Positions 19,375 to 29,690 of a stretch of DNA of 64,000 nt are shown here, one piece after another; positions within the stretch are counted from its first letter, which is position 1, and each line of letters starts with the position of its first letter. A program made the translations under genes and the position numbers. The DNA is from a virus. The stretch is from positions 1-64,000 of the IMG/VR virus record IMGVR_UViG_3300035659_000004. One strand, 5' to 3'. Below the pieces are notes generated by a model that saw only the letters and a list, made by a program, of their open reading frames with translations, did no database searches and was not told where the DNA came from.

Positions 19375-21000
19375 ATGAAATCTGTTTCCGCCACCATTAG
19401 CGAAGTCTGTGAGGCCTGGTTATATCTAAACGGTAAACCTTTTCGTCTCGATATGTGGCCAGCGCATCGGGCCTTTTACGATGGGCGCTGGCGCAGAACG
19501 TTGTTGAAAACTAGCCGGCAGGTCGCGAAGTCCACGACCCTGGCAAATTTCGGCATAGCTGAATGCTCTCTTATACCACATTTTTCCGTAATGTTTGTAA
19601 CGCCTTCGAAAGAACAGACCATGCGTTTTTCGAATTCGCGCGTTACAAAAGTTATGCGGTACTCCCCCATCATCCATAAAAAGTTTTTGAGTCCCGAGCT
19701 TTCCGACCGCGTGTTGCACAAGCAGTTCACGAACGGGTCTGAGATGGCGTTTGCTTATGCACTTGACGACGCTGACCGTATCCGCGGTTTATCTACCGAC
19801 CGAAACGTTTACGATGAGGTCCAGGACCTTCTTTATAACCCGGTAATTACAGTCGGTAACGAATGTTTGGCGCGTTCGCAATACGCTTATGAGACCTATG
19901 CGGGGACGCCGAAGACGATGGAGAACACCATTCAGTATCTCTGGGAAATGAGTACCCAGACTGAATGGGTAATGAAATGCAATAGTTGTAAGAAGTATCA
20001 GTACGCAGATTCAGAAAAATCGATTGGCTTGAAAGGCATGATTTGTCTGAAGTGCGGGTCTTATTTGAATCCATTTGAGGGACAGTGGCTTGATACAGCC
20101 GAACCCTTAGCAGAGAAGTCCTTAATTGAAGAGGAAGATCGCATAAAAGGTTTTCACATCTGTCAACCTTCGATGCCAGATTGTAACCCTGTGGCGGTAG
20201 AGAAGGCGGGGTATAACCAGGACCATGTTCGTTTCGCTACGAAGCAGTGGAAAGACATTCTTTATAAACGTGAAAATCTTCCAGCGACGACATTTCGAAA
20301 TGAGGTATTAGGTGTTTCGGACTCGCTCGGCGCGAGAATGATTGCGAAAGACGAGCTTGAGGGACTTTGTACGGGGCTCCCACTCTCAGCTGTCCCAAAC
20401 GCTATGAATATGAATGGTATTGCAATAACTGTTGCGGGAATAGACTGGTCGGGAGGTGGGACGTCTGGCGTGTCGCGTACTGTGTTATGGATATGGGGAG
20501 AACATAAAGCGAGCGGAATTCTTCGCTGTCTTTTTTATCGTATTTATCCTGGTATTAACCCTGTAAATTCAGTCGAAGAGATTATCCAAGTCTGTAATTA
20601 TTATCGGGTGGCTTACGCCGTGGGTGATGCGGGAGAAGGAAGCCTCCCGAATGACGTCTTGCGAAATGCGTTGGGTGCCAACCGTATGACGCAGGTGCAA
20701 TACGGAGCGTATGCCAAGGCTTTGAATTGGAACGGGCAAGACCGTTATCTACTAGACCGCACGACAATGATCGATAACTATGTGATGTTGCTTAAGAAAA
20801 AGTTGGTACAGTTTGGGCCTAGGGAGGAGATGTCCATTGCACTTGCGGACATCTTAAATGAATACGAAGAGGTGACGATGTTGGGTAGGAAGGTGTGGAG
20901 GCACTCGCCACAGAAACCGGACGACTGCCTCCACGCGGGACTCTTTGGCTGGCTGGCTTTTAAGATCATCATGAATGATCTTAAATTTTGGAAGGATTGA
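19375..21000 (+). CDS. terL: Terminase large subunit
   Basis: KTSRQVAKST, YDEVQD, GTPKT, CxxC..CxxC (gpA-like), nuclease GIDW and PDDCLHA. Confidence 0.85.
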   Translation: MKSVSATISEVCEAWLYLNGKPFRLDMWPAHRAFYDGRWRRTLLKTSRQVAKSTTLANFGIAECSLIPHFSVMFVTPSKEQTMRFSNSRVTKVMRYSPIIHKKFLSPELSDRVLHKQFTNGSEMAFAYALDDADRIRGLSTDRNVYDEVQDLLYNPVITVGNECLARSQYAYETYAGTPKTMENTIQYLWEMSTQTEWVMKCNSCKKYQYADSEKSIGLKGMICLKCGSYLNPFEGQWLDTAEPLAEKSLIEEEDRIKGFHICQPSMPDCNPVAVEKAGYNQDHVRFATKQWKDILYKRENLPATTFRNEVLGVSDSLGARMIAKDELEGLCTGLPLSAVPNAMNMNGIAITVAGIDWSGGGTSGVSRTVLWIWGEHKASGILRCLFYRIYPGINPVNSVEEIIQVCNYYRVAYAVGDAGEGSLPNDVLRNALGANRMTQVQYGAYAKALNWNGQDRYLLDRTTMIDNYVMLLKKKLVQFGPREEMSIALADILNEYEEVTMLGRKVWRHSPQKPDDCLHAGLFGWLAFKIIMNDLKFWKD

Positions 21001-21010
21001 GAATTGAGCG

Positions 21011-24000
21011 TTAGGCCGCGGATTGTTCTGCAGCACCTTCTGCAGCTAGGGCATTTCTGATTTCCAGGTCCAGATAATCGTCATCGTCGTTGTCGCTCTT
21101 GGCGAGCTCGGGGTGGTCCGATAGGAAGGTGTTCACGGGCATCAAATCGCCGTAGGTATTGCCCACTTCGACGTCCCATGAGAAGGGGACAGGGAGCCAG
21201 GGGAATTTCTGTGCGACCTGTTTCACACCGTAGTCCTGGATGAAGGCGGGCATTTGGTGCACGTACTTCTTCGGGATTTGGAACACAAGCGAGTCGTGTA
21301 CCGTGTTGAGCATGTTCCCGCCGAAGTCGTTGCTGATGACGGGGTTGGTGGCGCAGAGGACGTCGAGCACCATCTCGGCGCTGGTGTTTTGGATCTTGAA
21401 ATTGACCGCTTGGCGTTCTGCGCGCCCGCGCATGATGCTGGGGAGATTCTTCAGACTGAGGTGACGTCGTCGACCGAGGAACGTCTCTACGATACCGAGG
21501 TGGGTGACTTGGTCTTTGGTCGCTCGGATGTAACCCTTGATGGATGGGAACATATCGAAGAGGGACTTGATGATGGCCTGGGCCTGGTTATCGGGGATGC
21601 CTACGATGCCTGCAATCTTCTTCGGAGCGGCGCCATACAGGATGCCGAACACGACTCGCTTGATGTTCTTTCGGAGGGCATCGAGTTGCTCTCCATAAAC
21701 CTTGTCTGTCTTCTTGATGGAGTCCCGTGCCTCGAAGTCGGCATAGTTCCAGGCGTGTTTCATGTCGACGCCGATGGTCTCGAGGACCCCACTCCTTTGT
21801 CCGGGGGCGATGTCCTTGAGGAGATTGTCCACGTTGTAGACGGTGGAGGCGAAGAAGCTGTGCGGGTCCATGCCGTCGTTAAGCGCGGCTATGAGCGCTT
21901 TGTCATGGCTATACGCGGCGTATACGCGGACCTCGGCGGCCTTGGCGTCGGCGTTGACGAGAATGAAGTCGGGATGTGTTGGTATGAATATACGTTTGAT
22001 ATGATACTGATGCGGAGGTTTCCCTATCTTTTTAGGGATATTTTGCATGTTTTCTTCGGATGACGACAAACGCGAAGTTGCAGTGCCGTGTTGGTGAAAA
22101 TTCGAATGCATACGCCCATCTTCACGACTTAGGACCTCGATATTCTCAATGAAAGTGGACCGGGCTTTGCTGATTCCGCGGAACTCGAGGAGGGCAGCAC
22201 TGAGTGCACATTTATGCGTAGTGGTCAGGAACTTGAGGAACTTGGCGTCGGTGGAGATGGCCCCCTTCTCTGTGCGAGGGGGCTCAATCTTCCCGGCGTA
22301 GCAGACGAGCTTGCCGGTCCCGGGTTGGAGGTACCCGGTGGAGAAGAGGGCCTTGGCGACGTGCTGGGTGCTGGCAGGGTTGAAGTCGGCGAAGCCCACA
22401 GGCAGCATGTCAGAGAAGATGGCGGACGAGCTCGCAAGGTAGCTGTCCATGTCGGCCTGCAGTTGGAGGATGTACGGACGGTCCACAGCCATCCCGTGGA
22501 GCTCCATCTTTGCAAGGACGCGGGTTGTCGGAATGATGCGGGCAGACATGTTGTACTGCGGAGGATTGGGGATGGGACAAAGAGTTTCCCCTATGTTCCG
22601 CGAGTTAGCAGAAGTACTGCCTAGGAATTCGAGGCGTTTCTTTTCGAGTTTACGTGATTCGTTGGTGAGTTCTTTACGCTGCTGAGCTGCGATACGGAGC
22701 GTGACGTCGGTATCGAAGGCCGCGTATTGAAGAAGGTCGCGGAGAGGGATGGCTTGAAATCCGTCATCCTCCGCGAGTTTCTTCTCGAGGCGAGATAACT
22801 TAGGTCCTTCTGCTTTAACCTTCTTTTTACGCTTGGGTTTGACCCGTTTTAAAAGAAGTTTTTCTTCATCTTCTTCGGTGACAGGTGCTGGGACGAGGGA
22901 ATCGTTATCCATGCGCTTGGCATAAATCTCTTTGAGTTCGTCCTCGTAGGCCGCGAATTCAGGTAGGCGCAAGCGTGTAATGCTTTTCAATCCGTAGAAT
23001 CCTTTTTTATCCTCCTCTATCAAATGTTCGCCCAGCATCACGTCCCAGGAGAGTCGTCTTATCTTAAATCCTTTTCGCTCTAAAACCTTGAGGTCGTATT
23101 TAGCATTCGCAAATACTTTGTATCTAGAACTGCTAAATAGACGCTCGAGATGAGGCCGAGCATCTTCGAGTTTTAAAACCGATTCAGGGTGTTCAAGTTG
23201 GATAGCAGCAGAACGTCCTGTGCCCCAGCTGACGGATACCATGAGTAACTTTAGTTTCGACCTGTGGGGGTAGAGTGAATTTGTTTCAGTGTCGATTGAT
23301 ATCGGAGTTTTATCGGTAGTTTCTCGTAGGATATCGGTGACGAGGGTGTCGAGTTCCTGCACTGTTTTAGGGTAACGGTACTTCTCGGATAGGCGCGCTA
23401 GGATGGTGCGTTGGTCCTCTAAGGTTCCCTCCATATTCTTTTTAACCATTTCGAGGAAGACTTCGACTTGACGTGTTAGAATTTCAGAGTAACCCGCCTT
23501 TGTCACGAGTTGACGTTTTGATAGGGAGACGAATACGAAGGCACGTCTACCTTCGATAGTCGTTTCAATTGTTTTCCCGATGACCTCCATGTATTTTTTG
23601 AATTGGATTCCAAGAGCTTTTAACCCGGTCGCACCCATAACAAATATGCATATGGGTTTTTCGGGTACACTACACTCGAGAATTTCCGCGATGAGATTTG
23701 GAGCACATGCATTTATCTCTTTGGCGCTGGGTTTTTCAGCCTGACATCGAACGGCATAGGTAAAATGCCCCACGGGGTTGTTGTACTTTTTGTCTAGTGT
23801 CTCAAAGGTCAGGCGAGCAGACCGTTCGATGTCCTTAATCCAACCCGAATGATTTCCACTTGAGGCAAGAGTGAGTATGTAGGGGGATTCTCCCACGCAT
23901 ATGTAATTAGCTGTTTGGGGTCCGCTCCCATGACTTACTGCAAAATGATTTTTTTGGTAGCTTGGACACGTGGGACAGTTTGGAAAGTTCCAGGCGCCGG

Positions 24001-24067
24001 CCATCTTGCAGGTGTAACAATCCGCGATAGGGCCTGCGACATTAGGGGAGTCATTAGAAGTCAGCAT
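21011..24067 (-). CDS. polA: Family A DNA polymerase with N-terminal UDG-like domain and 3'-5' exonuclease
   Basis: VGESP/AVRC/EINAC (UDG4-like); IDTETN, NAKYD, YAAFD (exo); TSRLSS..NMQNIP, DAKAAEVR, RKNIKRVVFGILYG, TVHDS; GGAGG RBS before ATG 24067. Confidence 0.93.
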   Translation of the reverse strand: MLTSNDSPNVAGPIADCYTCKMAGAWNFPNCPTCPSYQKNHFAVSHGSGPQTANYICVGESPYILTLASSGNHSGWIKDIERSARLTFETLDKKYNNPVGHFTYAVRCQAEKPSAKEINACAPNLIAEILECSVPEKPICIFVMGATGLKALGIQFKKYMEVIGKTIETTIEGRRAFVFVSLSKRQLVTKAGYSEILTRQVEVFLEMVKKNMEGTLEDQRTILARLSEKYRYPKTVQELDTLVTDILRETTDKTPISIDTETNSLYPHRSKLKLLMVSVSWGTGRSAAIQLEHPESVLKLEDARPHLERLFSSSRYKVFANAKYDLKVLERKGFKIRRLSWDVMLGEHLIEEDKKGFYGLKSITRLRLPEFAAYEDELKEIYAKRMDNDSLVPAPVTEEDEEKLLLKRVKPKRKKKVKAEGPKLSRLEKKLAEDDGFQAIPLRDLLQYAAFDTDVTLRIAAQQRKELTNESRKLEKKRLEFLGSTSANSRNIGETLCPIPNPPQYNMSARIIPTTRVLAKMELHGMAVDRPYILQLQADMDSYLASSSAIFSDMLPVGFADFNPASTQHVAKALFSTGYLQPGTGKLVCYAGKIEPPRTEKGAISTDAKFLKFLTTTHKCALSAALLEFRGISKARSTFIENIEVLSREDGRMHSNFHQHGTATSRLSSSEENMQNIPKKIGKPPHQYHIKRIFIPTHPDFILVNADAKAAEVRVYAAYSHDKALIAALNDGMDPHSFFASTVYNVDNLLKDIAPGQRSGVLETIGVDMKHAWNYADFEARDSIKKTDKVYGEQLDALRKNIKRVVFGILYGAAPKKIAGIVGIPDNQAQAIIKSLFDMFPSIKGYIRATKDQVTHLGIVETFLGRRRHLSLKNLPSIMRGRAERQAVNFKIQNTSAEMVLDVLCATNPVISNDFGGNMLNTVHDSLVFQIPKKYVHQMPAFIQDYGVKQVAQKFPWLPVPFSWDVEVGNTYGDLMPVNTFLSDHPELAKSDNDDDDYLDLEIRNALAAEGAAEQSAA

Positions 24068-27000
24068 CGATTGTGTCCTCCGTGATCTCATCCTCCTGCA
24101 TTTCTTCTGCTTCTTCTTTTTTCTTTTCTTTTCCCTTATCTGCTAAAGAAGCGCTCTTAATGTTTGCGTCGTGGGCATCCAACCAGTATCTCCCGTTAAA
24201 TACCATGACGTTGTCGATGCTCACGCCTATTCCCATAGACATAGAAGCACGACTGAGGATACCGGATTCTTTAATCGCTTCATCGGTTAGTGCCGCGGGA
24301 TGTCGTCCGAGCGTATTACGTAAATTCAAAGCACTTGTGGCGTTAGTGTTTCGCTCGTGACTAGGTAGGAGGTGCGTTATAACTTGTTCGATATTGAAAA
24401 GCATTAATTGTTTTAGTTCGTCATAGAATACCCCTACACCTGTATCGTTGAGTTCTTGGCGCCATGAGCGGTTGGCTATTATGCGCGCTAAGCTTTGGCA
24501 CTGCGCAGTTTCTTTGAAATCCGATAGGCGGATTACGCTGTGGTGGAGTATCTTGGTGAGATACGTATCGGCATCGCTACTTTGGGTCGTGCGCCGGATT
24601 AACGACTCATTATTTTTTACGTACTCTTTAAAGAAGGACATATAGTCAATGCCAATCGTTTCAAGCACGGCGAAGACGGGGAAAAATGCGGACATGAATC
24701 GGAATTCAACTGATGATTCTAATTGGTCTTTAATTTTGTCGTAGCTCGATCTGAATGCAGTGTAATGTTCACGTACTTTAGGAATATGTGAATACATACC
24801 AAAGTTGACAGCTAAGCGTAAATCATACAGTTCTTGGGGGGAAAAGACTCGATGAATCGAAGAGTTTGGGTCGGAATATCCTATACGTTTGACCATGTTA
24901 ATACTGATGATACGATTTAGGTCTTGGGGTTTGTCTGTCCCTGTTATACTTCCGAATATCACGGGGACATTAATGCAGCGTGTTATAGTCCCTTCTCCAT
25001 TCCTATTCATGGTTGTTCGGGAGCTATTTCCAGAAGTAGCTCCACGTAACATTTCTAGAAATTGGTCAGTCGCCTGTTTATTTTTGACGGTATCTGATTC
25101 AAGTTCGTCTACGCAGTACAGGATAGCACAATCCTCAGCATCAAACGCTAGGGCTGGAACGGTTATATGCTGAACATAACGTGACGCATACAGGAGTTGA
25201 ATACTCAAATTGCTCGAATCTTTTTCTACCTCGCTGAAAACAGACTGTAGGGTGGTTTTTCCAGACCCTGTTTCCCCTGTAAAGTGCACGACGACTTGCC
25301 GGTCGAAGCAGGACATAATAGGAAAGGTCAAAATCAGGGCCGCTAGTAGTTGGCAGTTTAGGTCTTGCTGGGCAAAGATAAACCCGGTGTCGAAATAGCG
25401 GCACAGATCATGATATACCTTTTTCATATCGTACTGCTGCGCTTTTCTAAGTACGTCTGGAGTAAGAGGTTCTAGTCGGTTGAACCATTTGCGATTTATG
25501 ACGGCGTCATCTTTGTAAGTATCGACGAGAATATTTCCAATACGGGGAGAAGGGAGGAGGTTATAAGAGATATCGTTGTCGGTACGTATTATGTCGTAGG
25601 CGTCTGTTCCGTGAACTAAAATTTCTTTTGAATCTAGGTGGTGATATCCATTTCGTATGTTCTTGAGGTTGCTCATACTGGGAGCATCGGGGACTAGTTG
25701 TAATACGGCCTCGCGCAGGATATATCTCAATTCTTTATCGATACGACTGAGCGAGTTATCGGGGATGACGATACATGAAGGTAGGCCTACTTCTTTTTCT
25801 AAAAAGGTTATAATAGTTCCTGTGATACTTGCGATTTCCTGGATGATGCTGCGTTCGCTGTCCAATTTAACTCGTGCGAATTGTTTTTGACGCTTGTTAT
25901 AAAGGACTAGTGTAGCACCCTCGCTTGAACTTCGGTCTACGCCAATTACCGTGAAGAGTGACCTTAAAACTTCTGCAACGCGGTCGATATACGTTTTTAT
26001 GTTGGAATCGTTCGATATGATTCCATTCTTAATAGGATTGGGTCGTAGGATTGGGTACAGATTGCAGAGAGCTTGGACATACGCTTCTATGTCTTCTTTT
26101 CGATGTAGCGTACGCCCTACAGAAATCGCGGTAGAGGTCATGGTAGTGACATCATCCGCCGTGTATTCCTGGAGTTGTAGTATGGCCGCATCAACTAACC
26201 AACTCCAAGCCGGTTTATAACTATCTTTGTCTAGTATCGTGGAAGAAATAAATTGAGGACTGAGTGCGGGGAGGACATAAGCATTATCCAAGTCTTCTGC
26301 CGGAGCCAGTTTTTCCCAGGCGGCATCTGTGAAGATGACGACGCCACACTCGGGGGCGGTGATGGTGTTTATCCACTGCGCCAGAACATTCGCGCTTGAG
26401 TTCGAGTTACCTTTCGAAGGAGCATCCCCTATGAGATACAGATACTTGACGTCGTTCAGCTGTATTACTGAATCGAAGGCAGCTAAGGAGCTCGTTCCTC
26501 CGGCACTCACGACGGCACATTCGACCACGCCTGTTTGAAGGCATTGTACCATGGGCTGTAGCGCGTCGAATTCACCCTCTACAACGACGTAAGACTTTAT
26601 TTTTTGGGTCGAGTTATTCCGTAGGAATTCTCGGTAGGGTCCGAAATTCAATCCGAAAAAACCCATTCCAGGCTCGAAATTATCCTGGAGGAGCGTGATG
26701 CGTTTGTTTGCTCCTACAGCATTTGGAAGCCGTATGCGAAATGCGGCGATGTGTTCTTCTGCCGTACAGAGGGGAAACACGACGCCACCTGTCGCGCTGT
26801 TGGACACACCCTTGTTCACGTCTTTATTTAAGAATTCCGATATAGTTTGTATTAATGCTAAAGCGTTATCGTGTTTGGTTTTACGGTTAGGACTTTCAAG
26901 AAGTTGTTTCGCTAAATTAGGGATAGCAGAAATAGGAGGGACTATCCCGATAGGAAGGTCAGGTAGAATATTCAAAGGCAATTTGCGTACGGACACGAGC

Positions 27001-27692
27001 CAATGAATTGTTTGCGTAGCATAGTCAAAATCTAAAAGGCCTATGCCGTCTTTTCCTGCGGTAATAGGGATTACGTTAGAAGGAAAAGGTGGAGGAGGAA
27101 CGCTATCCGTCGTCGTATCCCCGGGGTAGTCGGGGTCATCTTTTAATTTCGAGACATCGCCCTCAGCGCCATCGTCGCTATATAAATCTTCCTCTATTTT
27201 GTTACGAGGATTTGCCGCTATTGCTAATCCCTTAGCATACGCTTGCGCGGCCAATATGAGTTGTTGATGGCAGACTTCATAAAATAATTCTTTAGATTCC
27301 TGGGTGAGTAACTGCTGTTCGCTCTGCGTAATGTAAGTGCTGTTCTTAAGAAATTGTACCCCTGGATAACTACTAGAAATATAGATGAGGGTTTCCGTGT
27401 AAGTTGTCTTGCATATATTAGAAATGAGTTCGATAGGATCGATAGGGTGGTATCCGCAACCAAAACAATGTCCGTGTTTTTTCTTAGGATAAATATGAAA
27501 AGAAGGTGAAGTATCTGCGTGGTCAGGATGCGGACAAAGGCTAACGATGTCATCTTCACGGTTCTTACGGAGGCCTAACGACCCACTATTTTGGAGGTTA
27601 AGCCAATTCTCAACTGTGATACCTTCCCAAACTCGGTCTATTAAGGATTTGTCAAATTTAACAATTTCCGCTGCCTTGTTCGTCTTGGCCAT
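24054..27692 (-). CDS. DnaG-type primase fused to P-loop helicase
   Basis: CHC2 finger CPHPDH.D.SPSF...HCFGCG; Toprim VVEGEFDAL; Walker A GETGSGKT; Walker B CVDELE. Confidence 0.82.
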   Translation of the reverse strand: MAKTNKAAEIVKFDKSLIDRVWEGITVENWLNLQNSGSLGLRKNREDDIVSLCPHPDHADTSPSFHIYPKKKHGHCFGCGYHPIDPIELISNICKTTYTETLIYISSSYPGVQFLKNSTYITQSEQQLLTQESKELFYEVCHQQLILAAQAYAKGLAIAANPRNKIEEDLYSDDGAEGDVSKLKDDPDYPGDTTTDSVPPPPFPSNVIPITAGKDGIGLLDFDYATQTIHWLVSVRKLPLNILPDLPIGIVPPISAIPNLAKQLLESPNRKTKHDNALALIQTISEFLNKDVNKGVSNSATGGVVFPLCTAEEHIAAFRIRLPNAVGANKRITLLQDNFEPGMGFFGLNFGPYREFLRNNSTQKIKSYVVVEGEFDALQPMVQCLQTGVVECAVVSAGGTSSLAAFDSVIQLNDVKYLYLIGDAPSKGNSNSSANVLAQWINTITAPECGVVIFTDAAWEKLAPAEDLDNAYVLPALSPQFISSTILDKDSYKPAWSWLVDAAILQLQEYTADDVTTMTSTAISVGRTLHRKEDIEAYVQALCNLYPILRPNPIKNGIISNDSNIKTYIDRVAEVLRSLFTVIGVDRSSSEGATLVLYNKRQKQFARVKLDSERSIIQEIASITGTIITFLEKEVGLPSCIVIPDNSLSRIDKELRYILREAVLQLVPDAPSMSNLKNIRNGYHHLDSKEILVHGTDAYDIIRTDNDISYNLLPSPRIGNILVDTYKDDAVINRKWFNRLEPLTPDVLRKAQQYDMKKVYHDLCRYFDTGFIFAQQDLNCQLLAALILTFPIMSCFDRQVVVHFTGETGSGKTTLQSVFSEVEKDSSNLSIQLLYASRYVQHITVPALAFDAEDCAILYCVDELESDTVKNKQATDQFLEMLRGATSGNSSRTTMNRNGEGTITRCINVPVIFGSITGTDKPQDLNRIISINMVKRIGYSDPNSSIHRVFSPQELYDLRLAVNFGMYSHIPKVREHYTAFRSSYDKIKDQLESSVEFRFMSAFFPVFAVLETIGIDYMSFFKEYVKNNESLIRRTTQSSDADTYLTKILHHSVIRLSDFKETAQCQSLARIIANRSWRQELNDTGVGVFYDELKQLMLFNIEQVITHLLPSHERNTNATSALNLRNTLGRHPAALTDEAIKESGILSRASMSMGIGVSIDNVMVFNGRYWLDAHDANIKSASLADKGKEKKKEEAEEMQEDEITEDTIDADF

Positions 27693-28488
27693 CTAGGTCT
27701 CCTGTCACATGGACCGCTAGTGGACAACGTGATTTGAAATCACACCACCCACAGAGCTTACTAGGTTTGCCTTGGTCGAGGTTTTCAGCGGCGTCTTTCG
27801 TGGTTTTGTTGAGGTGTTCTATCACCTGGTCAATCCACGGGAGAACGCTATCAACCTCTATCGGTTTACCCACGTCGGTGTATTCATCTTGCACCCAATG
27901 AATCGCCGGGATTACATGAGTAATTTGAGGATAATTTGCTTTGGTGAGGAGTGTGTAAGATAAGAATTGCCACTTATAGTACTCAAGTCCGCGGTTTTTA
28001 CCTGTCTTGTGGTCAATGATCATGATGTGGGGCTTTTTGTTAAAAAGAATAGCGACATCGATAACTCCTCGCAGTAGTCCGGAGTTATCAAAAAACTGAA
28101 GAGGACGTCCGTTAAAAGTCGTCGCTACTTTCCTCTCGATAAGAATCTCAGCACCGCCCATTTTTTCGATGAAATTAGTGGTACGTTTCATGAAAGTAGC
28201 AACCGCAGGCATTGCGAGTTCTACTTTCTCACGTTCTAAAGTCAGGAGTTTGGTCTTGGGGTCAGACATCGCTTCACTTTTAGCGGCATCGAGCGAGTAC
28301 CCCGATAAGCAGAGCTCCAGGATTTTGTGAACCACAATTCCCACTTGAGCTTCTTCCCCCAGACGTCCTTTAGTCATTTTATTTACGTACGTATGCTTAA
28401 ACTTGAGAGGACACTGTTGGGCAGTATCCGCTTTGCTAGCAGACCAAGGGGCGTACTTTTTCACAAATGGGGTAGCTTCTACAGACAT
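27658..28488 (-). CDS. PD-(D/E)xK Cas4/RecB-like nuclease
   Basis: WSAS..CPLKF, G.VVH..LE, RGVIDV, IDHKTGK, CGWCDFKSRC. Confidence 0.87.
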   Translation of the reverse strand: MSVEATPFVKKYAPWSASKADTAQQCPLKFKHTYVNKMTKGRLGEEAQVGIVVHKILELCLSGYSLDAAKSEAMSDPKTKLLTLEREKVELAMPAVATFMKRTTNFIEKMGGAEILIERKVATTFNGRPLQFFDNSGLLRGVIDVAILFNKKPHIMIIDHKTGKNRGLEYYKWQFLSYTLLTKANYPQITHVIPAIHWVQDEYTDVGKPIEVDSVLPWIDQVIEHLNKTTKDAAENLDQGKPSKLCGWCDFKSRCPLAVHVTGDLDGQDEQGSGNC

Positions 28489-28506
28489 GCTGAAATTCCT
28501 CTCGAG

Positions 28507-28563
28507 AAAAAAAGACGGCTGAAGCGTAGTACCCCCTTGTTGGGATACCGCGCTCCAGCCGTC
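28507..28563 (-). terminator. Long-stem intrinsic terminator/attenuator
   Basis: Minus strand GACGGCTGGAGCG...CGCTTCAGCCGTC (~20-bp imperfect stem) followed by T7. Confidence 0.75.
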
Positions 28564-28594
28564 CGACTCTTAACCGTGCATCTCCGTTGACGCG

Positions 28595-29584
28595 TTATGC
28601 ATCTTCGTTGATGGCTCCGTACCCAAATGCTGCGTCAGTTGCAGGTGTCACTAACGCCGGTATCCCGGCCGTTTCACCTGCTTTTACAGTGGGGTCTTCT
28701 TCAGGCACATTTGCATAACTACGAGCGATGGCGGGGAAGACATAGTCACGCCCTGCGGCGCAGTAGAGAGCGTCACAGATAGGCGACAGGGCCGGAGGAA
28801 CTAGCCCCTCGGGACCAGGGATGGCCCCAACCACGTAGATAAACCAACGTGCCTTCTTGTTGGTCTCACTGGTTTGAACAAGCGTCTTCATGGAGTACCA
28901 GCGATACCAGAGTTGCGGGGTTCTTCCGGCAAATTTCAGGAGTTGGCGTCCTGCTCCTTCGGACGTATTCTTGAAACGCACGAGAACGAGTTCACGTCCA
29001 TCTTGTGCCAGCATAAACGCGTTTACATAGTTACGGCAGTACATGTCCGACTTTTCTTCGTCTTCTGCCTTTTTACGCCACGGTAGGTATGTGCATTTTT
29101 GACATTCACCGAAATGTGACCCAATTTTACGGTCATTGGAATAACACATCACCTTAGGCATCGCATCGTCATCGGGGGCTTTCTTTTCCGCCAATTCACG
29201 CCCCTCCCAAATAAAGATAGGAGTACCGATGAATTCTTTTCCAACCTTTTCACCTGAACTGTAATACATCTCCCCCGGGATTAAATCGACAGGGCGATTT
29301 GGGTCATTTCCGGTTCCGTGGAATAAGCGGAGGTCCGTGTGAAACGCCTGTATTTTTTCACTAACGATTCCTTTACGTTCGGGGTTAAGCCGTTTTAAGA
29401 CATCGTAAAGTGCTTCTTTTTGTGGGATTTCATCAGAAAGCGCGTCGACGAGCTCGAATAGGGCATCGGGCTCTTTATAATCGCGCGCAACGCTTAAGAT
29501 ACGTTGGCCGTATTCGCGTACGAAGTTCTCATAATCTTTGTATTTTTCGAGGGCGGCCACTTCTGATTTCACGATGTTACTCAT
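28595..29584 (-). CDS. Putative ssDNA-binding/replication protein
   Basis: CYSND..G..FGECQKC...W...CR pattern, acidic tail, strong RBS, first gene of the replication operon; function inferred. Confidence 0.4.
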   Translation of the reverse strand: MSNIVKSEVAALEKYKDYENFVREYGQRILSVARDYKEPDALFELVDALSDEIPQKEALYDVLKRLNPERKGIVSEKIQAFHTDLRLFHGTGNDPNRPVDLIPGEMYYSSGEKVGKEFIGTPIFIWEGRELAEKKAPDDDAMPKVMCYSNDRKIGSHFGECQKCTYLPWRKKAEDEEKSDMYCRNYVNAFMLAQDGRELVLVRFKNTSEGAGRQLLKFAGRTPQLWYRWYSMKTLVQTSETNKKARWFIYVVGAIPGPEGLVPPALSPICDALYCAAGRDYVFPAIARSYANVPEEDPTVKAGETAGIPALVTPATDAAFGYGAINEDA

Positions 29585-29690
29585 TTTTGACGTGCACCTT
29601 TCTCTGTTTCGAGGGACAGGAATCCTACCACTGGGATGTTGCCCTATGCAAGCATTCTGTGGTCTAATAAAAATAAACAGGAGGTAATTG

